Positions 27,530-46,698 of a DNA stretch of 64,000 nt are shown one piece after another. A program made the position numbers and the translations under genes. Location: assembly GCF_009914755.1 (NCBI RefSeq), contig NC_060938.1; one strand, written 5' to 3'. Every line of letters begins with the position of its first letter. Positions within the stretch are counted from its first letter, which is position 1. The notes below the pieces were generated by a model. It was not told the DNA's origin. It ran no database searches and saw nothing but the letters and a program-made list of their open reading frames with translations. Source of the DNA: the human T2T-CHM13v2.0 reference genome, Homo sapiens.

Positions 27530-30500
27530 GTTTTTGTTTTTGTTTTTTAGCATGTGGATCATCTTTTCAGTCTTTCCAGTTGATTGTGGCCTCCAACAAG
27601 AGTGTCATTTCCATTTGATCTGTAATGCTTGGCTTATCCTTTGTGTGATCTCAGAAATTAAAGAAGGATTATTGTTGCTTGGTATGGAGTAAGGAAGTCC
27701 AAATCGAGGAATGATTTCTTTTAGCAGAGCCTTAGCTACTTCTGCAGCTTTCTCAGACTTGTTCGGATAGGCTTCAATCTCTTGCTCGGGTAAGCTTCAA
27801 CCTTTCCAGAAAATGTGTCTACAAACACTAGTAGGTACTTATAAATCCCAGTGTTTTTGGCATCTGGGTGAAATCAACCTGCCAGTCCTCGAATGGTCAT
27901 ATTCCTTTGTATTGTACCCTCCTCTGGGAAGAGTTGCAAGCAGTTCTTGAATCATTTGGGGTACATAGATAACATGCTTGTATAATCTTTTGAATGATCT
28001 TTTGAAGGTGTGGCCCTTTGAGATATGGCTACACCAGGTGAGCCAGTCCATCTCTGCCATAGTGTGTCCCCTCATGCAGGTCTTTCAGGACTGGGTATAC
28101 CAGGGCCTCAGAGAGTAATATCCCATGAGTGTTAGCTTTCCATGAGGAACGAGGGTCTGTGTTGGTCAATGTCCACTCATGTGTGCATTCTTCATTTCAT
28201 TCAGTGTAGTGGAGTTTAAATTCTGACAAGTCTAAATGGAGTATTAAGGTCCCAAGTAAATATGTTTCTTGAGTGGCCTGCTTTGCAGCTTTATCAGCCA
28301 CTTGATTCCCTTTGGTTATTGGGGAGTCATCCTTTTGGTGGCCTTGGCAGTGCATAATAGCAACTTGAGTTGGCAGAACAACTGCCTCTGACAAAGCTAA
28401 AATTTCCAGCAGGTGTTTAATGTCTTTATTTCTTGAGGTTAAGAATCCCCTTTCTTTCTGAATGACCCCACGGGCATACACTACCAAGAAGGCATACTTG
28501 GAGTAGGTGTAAATGTTTACCCATTTCTCTTGAGACTGTTTTAAGGCCCTGATGAGAGCAATCCATTCAGCTTTTTGTGCTGAAGTACCAGCAGTGGGGA
28601 CATAGGCTTCTACTACTTTGTCTAGGGTCACTGGAGCATACCTGGCCTGGCGTTGTCCTCCTTCTGTGAAACTGCTTCAGTCAGTGTATAGCTCCCAGTC
28701 CGGAGTGGCCATCAGATGATCTGACAGATCTGGTCTGCTGGAATAGACTGCATCAAGAATTTCTAAACAATTATGCTCCAGTTCATAGTTGGACTCAGTG
28801 GCTGGGAGCAAGGTGGCAGGATTCAAGACTGTGGTGGTTTGGAGAAAACATTTCTGTTATCTAATAGGCTGGCTTGGTATTTGCCCATATGCCCCGCTAT
28901 CATCCAGTAACCTCCCTTTTGTTACAATAAGGTTAACACTTGATAAGGCACAAATGCAGTAATGGGCTGTCCTAGGGTGAATTTTTCTGCTTCCTGTAAG
29001 ATATCACATGTAGCTGCCACGGCCTGAAGACAAGGTGGCCATCCTCTGGTAATCTGCTCCAGTTGTTTGGGAAAGTAGGCTATGGGTTGTGGGGAATTCC
29101 CACGTAGTTGAATTAGTATTTCCTGTCCTGTGCCCTGGTTTTCATGGATATAGAGTCTAAATAGCTTTCAAGAATTGGGCAGTCCTAATGCTGGAGCTGA
29201 CACTAATTTTTTTTTTTTTTGATGGTATCAAATGCCTGAAGGCATTCAGCCATCCAGTTTAGGGCTCCTGAATCTAATCCCTTTAGAGCCTTGTAGAGAG
29301 GTTTGACTATGAGTCCAAAATTAGGGATTCAGATTCAGCAGAAACCTGCCACACCTAAAACCCCCCACAGTGTCTTCCATTCCCAGGGGCCTTTATTGCT
29401 GCTATCACCTGTTTCTGGTTGGACATCAAGCTCTGCTTTCCTTGTTTTTAGTCAGAAGCCAAGATAGGTCACTTCTTGTTTACAAATCTGAGTTTTCTGA
29501 GGTGATATGTTACGTCTGTATTATATCAAATAATTTAAGATTAAGATAGTGTTAGATAGGCACCTCTCATAGTCTTGGCTTGCGATTAACAAGTCATCCA
29601 AGTATTTTAGCAGAACCCCATCATCTAGTTGAAAATCTCTGAAGCCCTTTGCCAATATTTTGCCAAAGATGGTGGGTGAGTTTTTAAAACCTTAAGAAAA
29701 TACAGCTTAACAATATTGGAAGGTGTTTTTTGTTTCCAGGTCTTGCCACTCAAAGGTGAACAGCATCTGGTCCCTCTCTTCAATCAGGATGCAAAAAAAA
29801 AAAAAAAAAAAGTATCTTTTAAGTCTAATACCGAAAACTACCCATACTGCCCTGGTTTATCAGTTAGTAAGGTGTAAAGGATGGGCATAGTTGGGTGAAT
29901 GTCTTGAACAATGTCATTAATGGTTCCCAAATCTTGTACAAATCAATATTCATTTGAGTGTGGGTTTTTAACAGTCAGGATAGGGGCATTGTATGGAGAT
30001 CTGTAAGGACATATTTGTCCATTTTTTAGAAACTTCTGTAATATAGGTTGTATCCCCTCTAAAGCCTCTCTTTTTAGAAGGCACTGTGTTTGGGGAATAC
30101 CTTAGCCCCTTCATTTATTTCTGTGCACACAGGCTGTGTATTTTCAGCACTACCTGTGGTCCCATCTGCCCTCATGACTACTTACTTGCTCACAGATTGC
30201 TGGCAGGAGGCATTCTTTTTCTTCCTCGGGGTGTGTGAGCAGCATCTGCAGCTGCAAAGCTTGCTCTGGCAGGACCTGCAGATGAAGTTGTTGTTTTTCT
30301 GAAGAAAAACGTCACATGGCAATTTAGTTTACAAAGCAAATCTCACTCCAGCAAAGGAATTTGGTATTCCAGCATATAGAGGAAACTGTGTCTCAGCTCC
30401 AGATCTCTGTGTCCGGCAGTCTCCAGACTCTCCAGGGTCTGGAGAAAGGCTGTTTGCTGCATCTTGCCAGCGACAACCATCACAGGCACTGTTTTCCTAG

Positions 30501-32810
30501 TACTTTCAGTTTCTTTAGTGTTTCTACCTGAATAAGTCACACCAGTATTGATTAAAAAGTCAATCAATTTGTTCCCCATTGTCAATCGTACCTGAGGTTC
30601 CTGTGGGGAAATTACAACCTGCTCCAAAAGATTTGGGCCTCCTTCACTATCTGAGCTACAGTCCTGCTTTACCATCAGCCGGTATGTTTCTTCTCTGTCA
30701 CTGTGTCTCCCTTCTTCTGGTTTCCCTGTCTTTTCTTTAATTTGGGGCACTCAGATTTCCAATGACCTTCCTCCTTGCAGGGGGCAGACTGATCATTACC
30801 TAGAGTTTTGTTCTGGCCACCTCCCTGTGCCTGGTTTTTCCTTTTCGGATATACATTCTTTCCACTAATTCCAAGTATATCATGGCTTGCTTTAGCTTTT
30901 TGGCCTTCCTGGCATTATATACTCTGAAGGCAATGTCCAGCAGTTGGGAAAGGTTTATTCCAAATACCCCCTCCAGTTTCTGCAGTTTTCGTTTAATATT
31001 GGATGAAAGTCACGTTTACCATTCTCATATTCTCAGGAGCTTCTGGATCATAGTCCATACACTTGTGGTAAACCTGGTAAATGCACTCCAGAAATTCACA
31101 GGGGTTCTCATCTGCCTTTGGGAGAACTGCCCTGGCTTTATTTAAGCTCTTTTACATTCTTCTCTTTAACCCTGCCAACACATGCTTTTTATAATGACTG
31201 GACAGGGCCATTCCTCCATTGTTGGGGTCCCAAGTAAAATCTGCAAGTGGAGCAGCCATTTCTATTCCTTCCCCATGCTGGGGAGAGGAGCTGACACCTT
31301 GGCCCCTCCGGGTCCTGGGCTACATTTGGTGATCCTGGGAGGGCTGGTGCCCCCAGTACCACATGGGAGGGGAAATTTAAGATATTTATGAGGCCCATAT
31401 CATCAATATCCTCTTCCTTTTGGGTCTTACTATCTGGAAAGAGAAATCTCTTTTTCCCTTTTCTCTACGTCATTCACATAGACCCCTCATGTGCTGAGTC
31501 TTTGTTATGTAATAAATGCTTAAACACATGGAATCTCATTTCATTTCCCAGATCTTAGGCAAAATAACGCCAACTGTAATAAGGTGTACTAATGTAAATC
31601 ACTGTTCAGTAGCCACCATTTTTCAGATTCCAACACATACATAGGCCAAACAGTGTTACAATGAAAAAAAATCATTATCTTTTTTGTTATGAGTTCATAG
31701 CTATAAGCTTTCCAATAAGCCAATATACAGCCCAATGGCCACTTAAATGGAATGGAAGTCAAGTTGCCCATTCTCAGGGGAGAGATCAAAAGAACACAAA
31801 CACACAGATCAACACAGAGTACTCCTGAACCAATTCCTGTAGAAGGAGACTGGGAAGTTAATAAATCTTAGGCTAACTGATACTGCAAAAGACCTGTGTC
31901 AGGTCCAAATGGCATAAAGCCCAAATGGCAGAGACAGAGGATTTCTAGCATGCAAACTGGTTTGATTTACCCAGTCTTGAATCCTGTCAACTTCCTCAAC
32001 TATCATTTTCCTTATACTAATAAAGCATTGCAGGCAGCTGATGCCACAGAGGGGGAAGGAGGGAAAAGATGTTCTTGGCAGCTGCTGGGACAACCCTAGA
32101 ATCCCAGCTGGGGGGTCAGCTAGCCACGAGCAGCTAATCCTCATGAGAAGTTGTTGCTCTGCCTGGTAGCATGAATGAGTAAGCCCTGGCATGATGCCAC
32201 AGCCAATTGCTCCATCCATCGGAAACCAGGCACGCTAGACCAGTAGAGACATATAGCCCCATGCTGGGTGATAAAAAATGTAACCAAACTGTTGGAAGTA
32301 AGTGCTCGGTGCCACAGAGTGAAAATAGCACTCAGGCAAAAATTTTCTCAGCAAAGCAATTTACTTCTATAGAAGGGTGCATCTCTCAGATGGAGCAACG
32401 TTGAGAGCACACCAGACAAGGGAGGAGAAGGGCGTCTTATTCCTAATGCAGCTAGTCCCTACTGCTGTGTCTTTCCCCTGTTGGCTAGGGTTGGACCACA
32501 CAGTCTAAGCTAATTCCAGTTGGAAATTTTAAAGAGAGTGAGTGTATGAGCTGGAGTGGTGGGGTGAGTAGTTTCATCAGGGAAGGACAGTTACAGAACA
32601 GGAGAGTAAGGATGCCTAAGGACAGAACAGGTGATAGAGGCTAGGAGGGGGTTGATTACTGAAACTAGAGGCAAGGAGGTGTAAAGAACAAGGAAGTTAA
32701 ACTTCAAAATGGAGAACAAAGAACAGGGAAGCTGAACATACTGACGTATTTGTTCTTTGAAGAGGAACTCAGAACTCATTGTACTTAAATGATTTTTTTC
32801 TCCCTCTTGA

Positions 32811-33114
<304 letters not shown>

Positions 33115-35145
33115 ACCCTCTTGAATTTTAAAGGAAGTTAACAGGCTAACTCTGAAGAGGAATTTACTGTATCCTACAATCTCCCCCCTTTCAATTTTCA
33201 TAGGCCTTCTTCTTCAAACCTTTTTAACATGTCTTGGCTTTGCTGCTTGACTTGATCCTCTAAAAGAAGAAAGCTTTTCTGAATAAGGTGGAGGAAAGTT
33301 AAGGGAGGTTTTAGTAGGTGCTGTTTCTTTGCACTGCCCCACGGACGCATGGTATGACACAATACCCAACAAGAATGAGTACACCTATTACGGCTGCAAG
33401 AGAAGTAAGAATCGAGGCTATGATCTTTTCCACCTACTGAACCACCTTTCTAGCCATCCTGAGAAAGGGTTATTGACTCCAGAATCTTTAACTAATTCAT
33501 TGGATAAAGCAGTAAGTCCTTGTAAGACCCTTGTTATGCTCCCAGTGGGGGCAGTGTTGCTTGGGATAAAGGTACAGCCCTGAGTTTTAATCATAACACC
33601 AACACTGCCTTTTTCAGCTAATATCATATCTAGGGCCATTCTGTTTTCCCAGGCCATCTGGCTAGTGGGCCCCAATTGTTCTGCTATCCCTTTGACAGCA
33701 TCCCTGGTGTAATTAATAAACCACTGCTAATTATAATAGACGTAATTTATCCAATCTATGTTTTTATTAATTGTCACCCACAAAATCCTGCAGCTATTTA
33801 ATCTTGACTCAAATCCTGCAGCTATTTAATCTTGATCTTTAAATTTATCTGGTACTCCTCATGGGACTCCAATTGCATCTAAATAAATGTGGGAGTTGAA
33901 AGACCCATAAGGAGCTTCCCTTGTTTTATGATGTTGTATTTTTCCTCTCTCTGGTTGATGAAATGCTAGGGTGGAAGGGATAGCCAATTAAACTAGAGCA
34001 CAAGTGCTGCTCCAGTTACTTGGCAGAGAGTCCAGTAAAGGTCCACCACAATACCACCATACATATGCTTGGGGATGAACAAGGGCTGACTGATTGGTAA
34101 GCTCTTGGAAAGTCTTAAGCTCACTGCATCTTTTTAGGTCTCCAAGGAATGCTAAGTTTCCTCCCTGTAGTGAGAGATATGAAGTGAACTTAGCGTCAGG
34201 AGACAGAAGCTGAGTGGACCTTGGGGGCTGACCTGCAGGGTATTGAACTTCAGGATATAGCAGAGAGAGCTTGACACGACTTTTTACCCCAGGCTGTGTA
34301 ATCCTGGAAAAAAGTAACCATACAGCCCATGCCTAGTAGACTAAAGGACTATCCTAATGGAAAGGGGACAATCTGGGCTTCTGGTCTGCCGTGCGCACAA
34401 GCATAACAAATGCTTTTGTTTAAAGTGTGGATGGAATGTTTGATCCACTCCAACCAGGCATTAGCATCTTGATATTCTGTCTCAATTGCCAAAGTTTGTT
34501 TTAGGTCTTTAACTTCTATAATAACTACCTTGGTCTTGTCATTAGATGGAGGAGAACAACAGTTTTGTTGTGAGAGCTTCTGGAAGAAGGCTTAAGGGAA
34601 GGTGTAGGCGGCAGAGGATCAATGAATTGTGTTTCAAAGGATCTGATAGGGTCTGTTCCTGAAACCTCAGCCCCCACACCATAAAACCGGCTTAAAGAAG
34701 GGAACCGGCTTAGAGAAGGGGAAGAGCTTTGAGGGTTTGAGATAATAACCTGTATTGGATTGCACGGTTCAGCTGACAGCTAGGTGAAGCTGTTCCTTTA
34801 GTAAAGTGAATATATGACTTTAGGAAATTACAACCACTGGTTGGGGCAGCTCATCCTTGCTCTTTAGTGGTCCACAGAATGTTGGACCAACTGTGGCATA
34901 AAAGCTCTGTCTTGCAGTAGCAAGACTCCCAGCTGATACTGGGGTCTTTACTGAAATCTCTCCAGACTAAATGATCCCCATTCACTAATGTCCAGTCTGA
35001 GGAGAGCCGGGAAGGACAGAGGTACTTTTCTGAATTGGAGAGCTGTCTTTAACTTGACAAGTCTCCACAAGGTATAACAAGGCAAGCATCAAATGTAATA
35101 GTTTGAGGTGAAATTGACTTTGTTACATTAATAATGAGGTGGTCA

Positions 35146-35607
<462 letters not shown>

Positions 35608-36130
35608 TCAGTAGTTAGGAGCACTAGATAAGGTCCTTCCCAGGCCAGTTCGAGCTTTTCCTCCTTCTAGTTTTTGATGAGGACTTGATCCCCGGGCTGA
35701 TTTCGATGTACTGGGAACTCCAGGGATGGTGCCTGTGCTAAAAGACCTTTAGTTCTAAGGGAAGAGAAAGTGGAAGATAAACCAAGTATATAATGTCTGA
35801 GAAACTGATCTTTTGTTTCGAAGGTGGAAATGTCAGCAGTGGAGTGTAAATAGGGCAACCCATATAGCATCTCATATGGGGATAGGCCAACATCTTTTTG
35901 AGGGGTGGTTCAGATTCCTAGCAAGGCAATGGGAAGGCATTTAGTCCATGGCAACTGAGTCTTTAAGACTAATTTGGTTAAGTGACTCTTCACGGTTTGA
36001 TTTATTCTTTCTACTCTTCCCGATGAAGGTGGGTGCCAAGGAGTATGGTATTCCCACGTTATGTCTAGTGCTTGGGCTAATTTCTTAATGATATGTGCAG
36101 TGAAATGAGTTCCATTATTTGAATTAATAT

Positions 36131-37606
36131 TTTCAATTTATTTGCCCAGATCCATTGGAGGAACCACTATCTATGACCGCTATAGTCTTATGAAATGTAT
36201 TTCTGAAGTAATAAGACTTGAAAGCCAAAATTACTCCTTGATCCATGGGCTGCAGAACTGCAGAACGGATGTTGTGTGAGCAGGCATGGAAACTATGGAA
36301 ATTAATATCTTTGAACATCTCCATCAGAGGCCTTAGGTAACCAAGTGCATTGCCAATCAGCAGTAGTATTTTGAAAGGAATCTTTTTTTTCTGAGCAGGT
36401 CTCAATAATGAGCTTAAAATAGTCAGTAAACCATGATGTAAACAGATGTGCTGTCAATCAGGCTTTGTTGTTCCATTTATAGAGACAGGCAAAGTAGATT
36501 CAGCATAATTCCTAAGGGCCCTAGGATTTTCAAATGATACATGAGCACTGGCTTCAACCTGAAGTCTCCAGTGGCAGGTGCCCCCTGACAAGAGAGTTGG
36601 CCTGCCCTCTGAAGCTCTGAAACCAGGCACTGACTCCTCCTCTCTAGCTATGGGAGTCCCAGATGGCACCTTCTTCCACTATAAAGCTGTCTCATCTACA
36701 CTGAAAATCTGTTGTTTAGTGTGGCCACCTTCATCAATGATCTTATCTAGAGCTTCTGGAGAACTTGCTGCAGCTTCTCCTCAGGACTTGCTGCTTCATC
36801 CTGCACTTTTATGTTATGGAGATGGCTTCTTTCCTTAAACCTCACGAACCAACCTGTGTTGGCTTACAACTTTTCTTCTGTAGCTTCCTCACCTCTCTCA
36901 GCTTTCAGAGAATTGAAGGGCCTGATCTGGTTTTGACTTTGGCATAAGAGAATGTTGTGGCTGGTTTGGTCTATCCGAACCACTGAAATTTTCCCCGTAT
37001 CAACAACAATAAGGCTGTTCTGCTTTCTTATCACTTGTGTGTTCACTAGAGCAGAACTTTTAATCTCCTTCAAGAACTTTTCCTTTGCATTCGCAACTTG
37101 ACTAACTGGCTCAACAGCATTTGGCCTATCCTAGCTTTTGACACGCCTTCCTCACTAAGCTTAATCATTTCTAGATTTTTAAAGTAAGAGACATGTGACT
37201 CTTCCTTTCACTTGAACACATAGAGGTCATTGTAGGGTTACTAAATGGCTCAGGGAATAGGGAGTCCTAAAGACAGGAAGGTGGGGAAGCCGCCAATCAG
37301 TGGAGCAGTCAGAACACACACATTTATCAATCAAGTTTGCCATCTTCAGTTTGTGGCACCCCAAAATAATTACAATAGTAACATCAAAGATCACTAACCA
37401 CAAATTACTGTCAGATATAGTCATAGAAGAAGTTTGAAATATTCTAATAATTACCAAAATGTGACACATGGAAGCACTAAATGCTGTTGAAAAAATGGCG
37501 CTGACAGATTTGCTCGATGCAGGGTTGCCATAAGCCTTCAACTTGTAAAAAACACAGTATCTACGAAGTGCTATAAAGGGAAACACAACAAAACGAGGTG
37601 TGCCTG
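36131..37606 (-). mobile_element. Tigger1 DNA transposon, 5' portion only
   Basis: Minus strand starts CAGGCACACCTCGTTTT (Tigger1 TIR); pogo transposase remnants (KILLLIGNA, QPMDQGVI); truncated exactly at the ERV junction. Confidence 0.9.
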
Positions 37607-37885
37607 CACAACCAATGCCCAACTGTGTGTACCGCGTGAAGGAAAATGTTTCAAAGGTATCACAACTTTTTAGTCTGGAAATCTGAACAATATTTTGGTT
37701 TTTCACAGTGAGCATGTGGAACTTATATAACCAAAAAAGTAAAGTTGTATTTGAATGCATGTGGGCTACAAGTAAAAAGGAAGATGAAATAACAGTTTTA
37801 TAAAGCGGAAAGATTTATGGGTCTAACTCTGTGTCATATTTAGATTTTCTAATAAATGGGTATAGGAACAGAAGGAGAGACAGAG

Positions 37886-40819
<2,934 letters not shown>

Positions 40820-42562
40820 GCATTTTAAAATCTGCTACTGTAAACCACTGGTGGCTGTATGGGATCCTACTGATAATAGTATTAGGATTGGGAACAACAG
40901 AGTGTGTAGCTTGGAGTATCTGATTAATAGCTCTAAGGTCTTGCCCTAACCGGTATGAGCCATCTGCCTTTTTACAGGCAGTACTGGAGTGTTATAGGAA
41001 GACATGCAGGGTTCAAGAAGCCCATCACGGACAAGACCTTCAATCAGAGGTTTCAAATTTACCCTGGCTTTTGAAGGAATAGGGTATTGCTTTCGCTTTA
41101 CTACTTCCCCAGGGGTGTTTAATTTAACATGAATCAGAGGAATCTGTAACTTTCAATTCCCGTCTTTTGACCATACCTCGGGATGAATGTGTTCTTTGTC
41201 TGTGGTGGTGAGCAAGTTTAGGGAGGGGAGGAATTTTCCAAGACTGATCTGGAGACCTAAGCCTAATTTTAGCGTTAAATCTCTTTCTAATAGATTTGTC
41301 CCTGTTTCCAGAATTAACATAAATTTGATACTAGCTGATTGTTTTTTATATTTCACTTCTGTCTCCTCTAAGATTTTTTTTTTCTCTCTACCTTTGAGTC
41401 TCCTGGCTTTACTCTTTCATACCCTTTATATTGCCTGGAGAGTGGGTTCTTTATAGGTTCTGGCCCCCTGGGTACTTTGTTGTATGGTGGACAGCAGAAT
41501 TTTCGCCTTCTGCTTTTGTTTTTCTTCATCCCTTCTTACATATACTTTCTGGGTTTCTCTCAGAAGCTCTTCTATAGGTCTATCTTTCCAGTTCTCTATC
41601 TTTTGTAATTTCTTGTTAATATCTGGCCAACTCTTAGTGACGAAATGAAGTTCTAAACATTCCCTGCCCAAGAGCGTCTTCTGATTCCAGGCCAGCGTAT
41701 TTTCTCATTTGCTCTTTAAGCCTTTCTAAAAATTCTATTGGTCCTCATCTTTTCTCTGTTTTATATTAAAGGCCTTGGTAAGATTTTGGGCACAGGGCAC
41801 TGATTCTCGAATTCCTTTTATTACCATCTCCCTAAGGTCTTTCATATTTCCTCAGTGGGCCGTATTGTTGTTATCCCATTAAGGATCCTGGGCTGGGAAT
41901 TTTGTTCAGTTGCTGGGACATTCTGACCAGGAGGGTGTTCATGTTCCCAAATGGTCATGGCGGCCCTGTGTATCATGCTCATTTTTTCTCCTGAGAATAA
42001 GATGCCTAAGATAGACATTAACTCAGCCCAAGTATATAACTGGGGTCCTAAAACTGATCAATTTGATCTGCCACTCCATAAGGGTCATCTAAGAGTGGTT
42101 TAAGCTCCTTTTTTAGGTTTAGGGAAGAGTCTGGGATGGCAGCTAGTTGGGGGACAGGAAGGTACTTTAGTCCAAATAAAACAGCACTATTTTATCATTT
42201 TCTTGTGTTGGGTCCTTCCATTACCCTTCCAATATTCTAACATTAGGCTTAGGGGACTACCACAGGGATATTACCATGATCATGGTCTTTCCTATCTTTT
42301 GTCTTACTCGCTATATTTGCCATCCTGGAGAAAGTGTTTTTTCCTGAGTCTGCAGGGCTCAATCTCTCTTACTAGAGATTTCTTGCACCCTAGCGAGTCT
42401 GTGGGGCTTAATCTCTCCTACTAGAGCAGGTCGGTATAAACCCCACATGAGCAAGCCACCTTTAAGCTGTATGAGGTCAAGGCAGAACCAGATCTGGACT
42501 CTGCACTTGCTCTGCACTCAGTTGTGTGTCTCGGCCACACACTTTCAACCTCCAGGATGTCC

Positions 42563-42716
42563 CCACCGCCAAGGAAATACTTCACCGCCCCTGCAGCATT
42601 TCTTACCTTGGTGTGTCCCAACCAAGAAATACTTCACCACCTCCATGGCTTTTTTTATCTTGGTCACCACCACCAAGGAAATACTTCACCGCCCCCGCAG
42701 CTTTTCTTACCTTGGT
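42563..42716. repeat. Three ~52-bp tandem units in the provirus B leader
   Basis: ccaaggaaatacttcaccgcccc...ttcttaccttggt repeated three times. Confidence 0.85.
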
Positions 42717-45700
42717 CTGTGCACAGAGTTACCTGGTTGCCGTGGTATTTATTTGTAGGCCTTTTCTTCCCACTTTGCTGAGGGTCCAAGTTTATTCTTC
42801 ACGCTGGGTGGGTCTCGATTCCTTTCCCCTGAGGCCACCGCAGTGAGGCAGCGGGATGCGTCTCCTCACGAGAGGTGATCAGAGACTTTTCCCCAGAGGA
42901 GAATGGGATCCCGGGCGGGCCCCCAAATTTGTTGGAAGTAAATGCTCGGTGCCGCAGGGTGAAAATAGCACTCAGGCAAAAGTTTTCACAGCAAGCCAAT
43001 TTACTTCTATAGAAGGGGGCATCTCGCAGATGGAGCAATGGTGAGAGCACACCGGACAAGGGAGGGGAAGAGGAAGGGGAAGGGGAAGGGGAACGGGAAG
43101 GGGAAGGGAAGGGGGTCTTATTCCTAACCCCGCAGCTAGTCCCTACTGCTGTGTCTTTCCCCTATTGGCTAGGGTTGGACCTCACAGTCTAAGCTAATTC
43201 CGATTGGCTATTTTAAAGAGAGCGAGGGTACCAGCCGGAGTGGCGGGGTGATGAGTTTCAGAAGAAGGACAGTTACAGAACAGGTGACTAAGGATGCCTA
43301 AGGACAGAACAGGTGATAGAGGCTAGGAGGGGGTTGTTTACTGAAACTAGAGGCAAGGAGGTGTAAAGAACGAGGAAGTTAAACTTTAAGATGGAGAACA
43401 AAGAACAGGGAAGCTGAACATACTGACATATTGGTTCTTTGAAGAGGAACACAGAGCTCATTGTACTTAACAATTTTTCTCCCTCTTGAATTTTAAAGGA
43501 AGTTAACAGGCTAAACTTTGAAAAGGAATTTACTGTATCCTACAAAACTCAGGTTCAGCTGCTCACCACTTGAAAGCAAAACTCAAGAGACAAGGGTTGG
43601 TGGAAGGAAAAGCAGGTTTATTCAAGAGATGGCAACCTGAGGAGGTGGTGGACTAGTGCCTCAAAGACTATGTCAAATGTTTAGGGTAGCCAAAGGGATT
43701 TTAAAGGAAAAGGAGGCATGGAAACTATGAGCAGGAGTGGTGCACGATGCAGGGCTGTGTGTCTCATTCTGATGACTATCTTCAGTAATCAACTACCTGG
43801 AGGTCTGGCTGGCATCACCATGACTGCAACCAGGTTATGGATTAACTACTCAGTGATTTTTCTGAGAAGGAGGACTCTACAATCTCAATTTCTTACTTGG
43901 TTTATTTCAAGATTGCCCCCTGGATCTCTTAAGCAAGTATATGGTTAAATATTGAACAAAGCAAAGGATGAGGCTATTCATCTTTGAAGCAGGCTATTTT
44001 GGCTTAAGTAGGAGTGCCTTGTTTTTCATAATGAGACCCTTTGATCATGCCTGAGATTATGCTAATGAGGTAACTTAAGGTGGGGCCCCTACATGACCTC
44101 AGGATGGGGCTGGCAACAGAAAGACCAGGGATTAGAAGGTTGACACTTTCAGCCAACCCACTGACATTTAGAAAGGGGGCAGGGACTGGAGACCAAGCTC
44201 CATAAAAACTCTCGGACATACAATCTGAGGAGCTTCCAGATTGCTGAATACATAGAGGTGTTGGGATGGTGGCATGCCCAGAGGCCACAGAAGCTCCACA
44301 CCTTTCCCCTCCCACACCTAGCCCTATGAACCACTTCCATCTGGCTGTTTGTGAGTTGTGCTCATGATAATAAACTGATAAATGTAAATAAAGTGATTTG
44401 CTGAGTTCTATGAGCCATTGTAGAAAATTATCAAATCTAAGGAAGGAGTGGTTGGAACCTCCAATTTATAGCTGGTTGGTCAGAAGTACTGGAGGCCCAG
44501 ACTTGCCAGTGGCATCTAAAGTAGGAGGCATCTTATGGGACTGAGCTCTTAACTTGTGAGATCCAATGCTAACTCCAAGTGGATAAAGTCAGGATTGGGT
44601 TAAATTTTAGGGCACCAAGCTAATGTTTGGAGAGTTGGAGAATTGCTTGATGTGGAAAAAACCCATGCATCTGGTGTCAGAAGCGTTGTGTGAGAATAGA
44701 GGAACAGAATGTGTTTTCCTAGAGTAATTAAAAGAAGTAATCCTTGCTGGACACATTATTTCACTTGTGGTGGAATTTATTTTCTATTCCTGTCTCTATG
44801 CCCTCTGCCCATATTCTATTGTCACATTTATCCCCCAATTGTGTCCCAGACACCACCACTTTTCCTTTTCAAAGTCACTCCTTTCACTCTTACTTTTAAT
44901 TGTAACATAGCCAAGACTTGTACATAGTGTCCTGATTGAATCCGAAAAGGACATTTGAGCATTTTCACTGGGTTCTTCACGTTCTAGTATAAGGTGGCTA
45001 ACTGCTCAGATACATATGTGTTTAATACACCTGACCCAATCAGGTGAGCTTTGTTGTTCCCTATTGTTCTGTCATGATCATTCTTGGTATTCTGTCAATA
45101 TCTAACTTACAGAGAAGGTCTGTGGTCATGTCCTTTCCTTAAGTTCCTCCAAACTGTTTGGTCTCCTGAGAGCAAGGGTGAGAAACAGAGCAAGGGAGAG
45201 ACATAGAGAATGAGAAGGAAAGAAAGAGAGAGAGAGAGAGAGAAAGATGGAGAGACAATATTAGAGCTGGCCTTGGGGGTTAGAGAATTATGAGGGAGTA
45301 AGTGCATTTCTGCCTGAATGCAGCTTTACTGGTACTTTAGAAATTCACCCAAAGCCTAACAAAAACAAACTAGTGTGTTGTCTTTTTTTTCTTTGAAATA
45401 TTTATATTCCATTTCTGGTTAAAATAGTTAAGACAGAGTTGAATTATAATATCATTAACAGTAAAAGAAAATATTTAACACTGCTATCAAGATAATCACA
45501 ATGGGGTTACTTAGGATAAGGCTGAGCTGCAAAAACAGCTCCGTAGTTTAAAAGCAAAATATTTTATTTTCCTGTCACTTGAGAGTTCCTCTCTAAGCAG
45601 TGCAAGTTATTTAGGAATCGGACTTCTTTCATTGTGTTACTCTGCCATCCCCTAGGAGAAGGGTGTTCACCTTTTCTGTGTCATGCACCCCTTCAGCATT

Positions 45701-46380
45701 CTGATGAAGCCAAACAGTTATTGAGAACAATAACAACTGAGAAAAAGAGAACAATAATACTTGTTCTCTGAAAAATATCATTAAATGCAAAAAATAAAAT
45801 ACATGGGATTTCAAAGGAAATCAAATATCAAACATTTAAAGTGTTTGAGATAGTATAGTATTGTATGTGTTTATTAACGCATTAAGTACTAAGACCTAAA
45901 TTTAGGTCTAATTACTACTATAATTTTGAGGCAGTGATCAATGTGAAATAATATTTTGAGATATTGGCAACAAATATAAATGGCTACAAAAAGTCTATGA
46001 TTTCCATTTTTTCTACATTCATTGGTAAAATAATTGCTAAATTTCAATATGGGTGAATGAAAAGATGTAATTTTCTGCCCTGCACCACGGCATGGATCCC
46101 ATGAATTCTACCCATAGAGGCTTTCAAATCTCATGGCTTACAGGTTAAAACACCCATAGACGTGTTCATCCTCTGCATAAAGAAACCTAAGTCACTGTTA
46201 TGGTTTTGTGAAACAGTAGTACACCTAAATTTAAGAATCGAATAGTGGTTAACAAAATAAAATACCGAGGAATTAATAGAAAGCAGTTCAAATCAAAAGC
46301 AATGTTTAAAGAACAAATATGATTAACAAGTAATTTGAAATTTATACTCAAAGAGGAATATCTCCTTAATAACTCAAATC

Positions 46381-46698
<318 letters not shown>

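Noticed and set aside
33783-33835. 25-bp tandem duplication in provirus B env
   Set aside because: Real, but an ordinary slippage lesion in a dead env
37227-37760. 177-aa minus-strand ORF
   Set aside because: Spans the Tigger1 5' end and flank; not the transposase frame and no domain
42563-42716. Repeat-spacer-like array
   Set aside because: Not CRISPR; whole units repeat, as expected for an ERV leader tandem repeat
42908-42925. Link between the Pro PBS of provirus B and the local tRNA-Pro gene
   Set aside because: Primer tRNA acts in trans, so co-location is coincidental
43060-43092. (GGGAA)n tract in one LTR only
   Set aside because: Simple post-insertion microsatellite expansion
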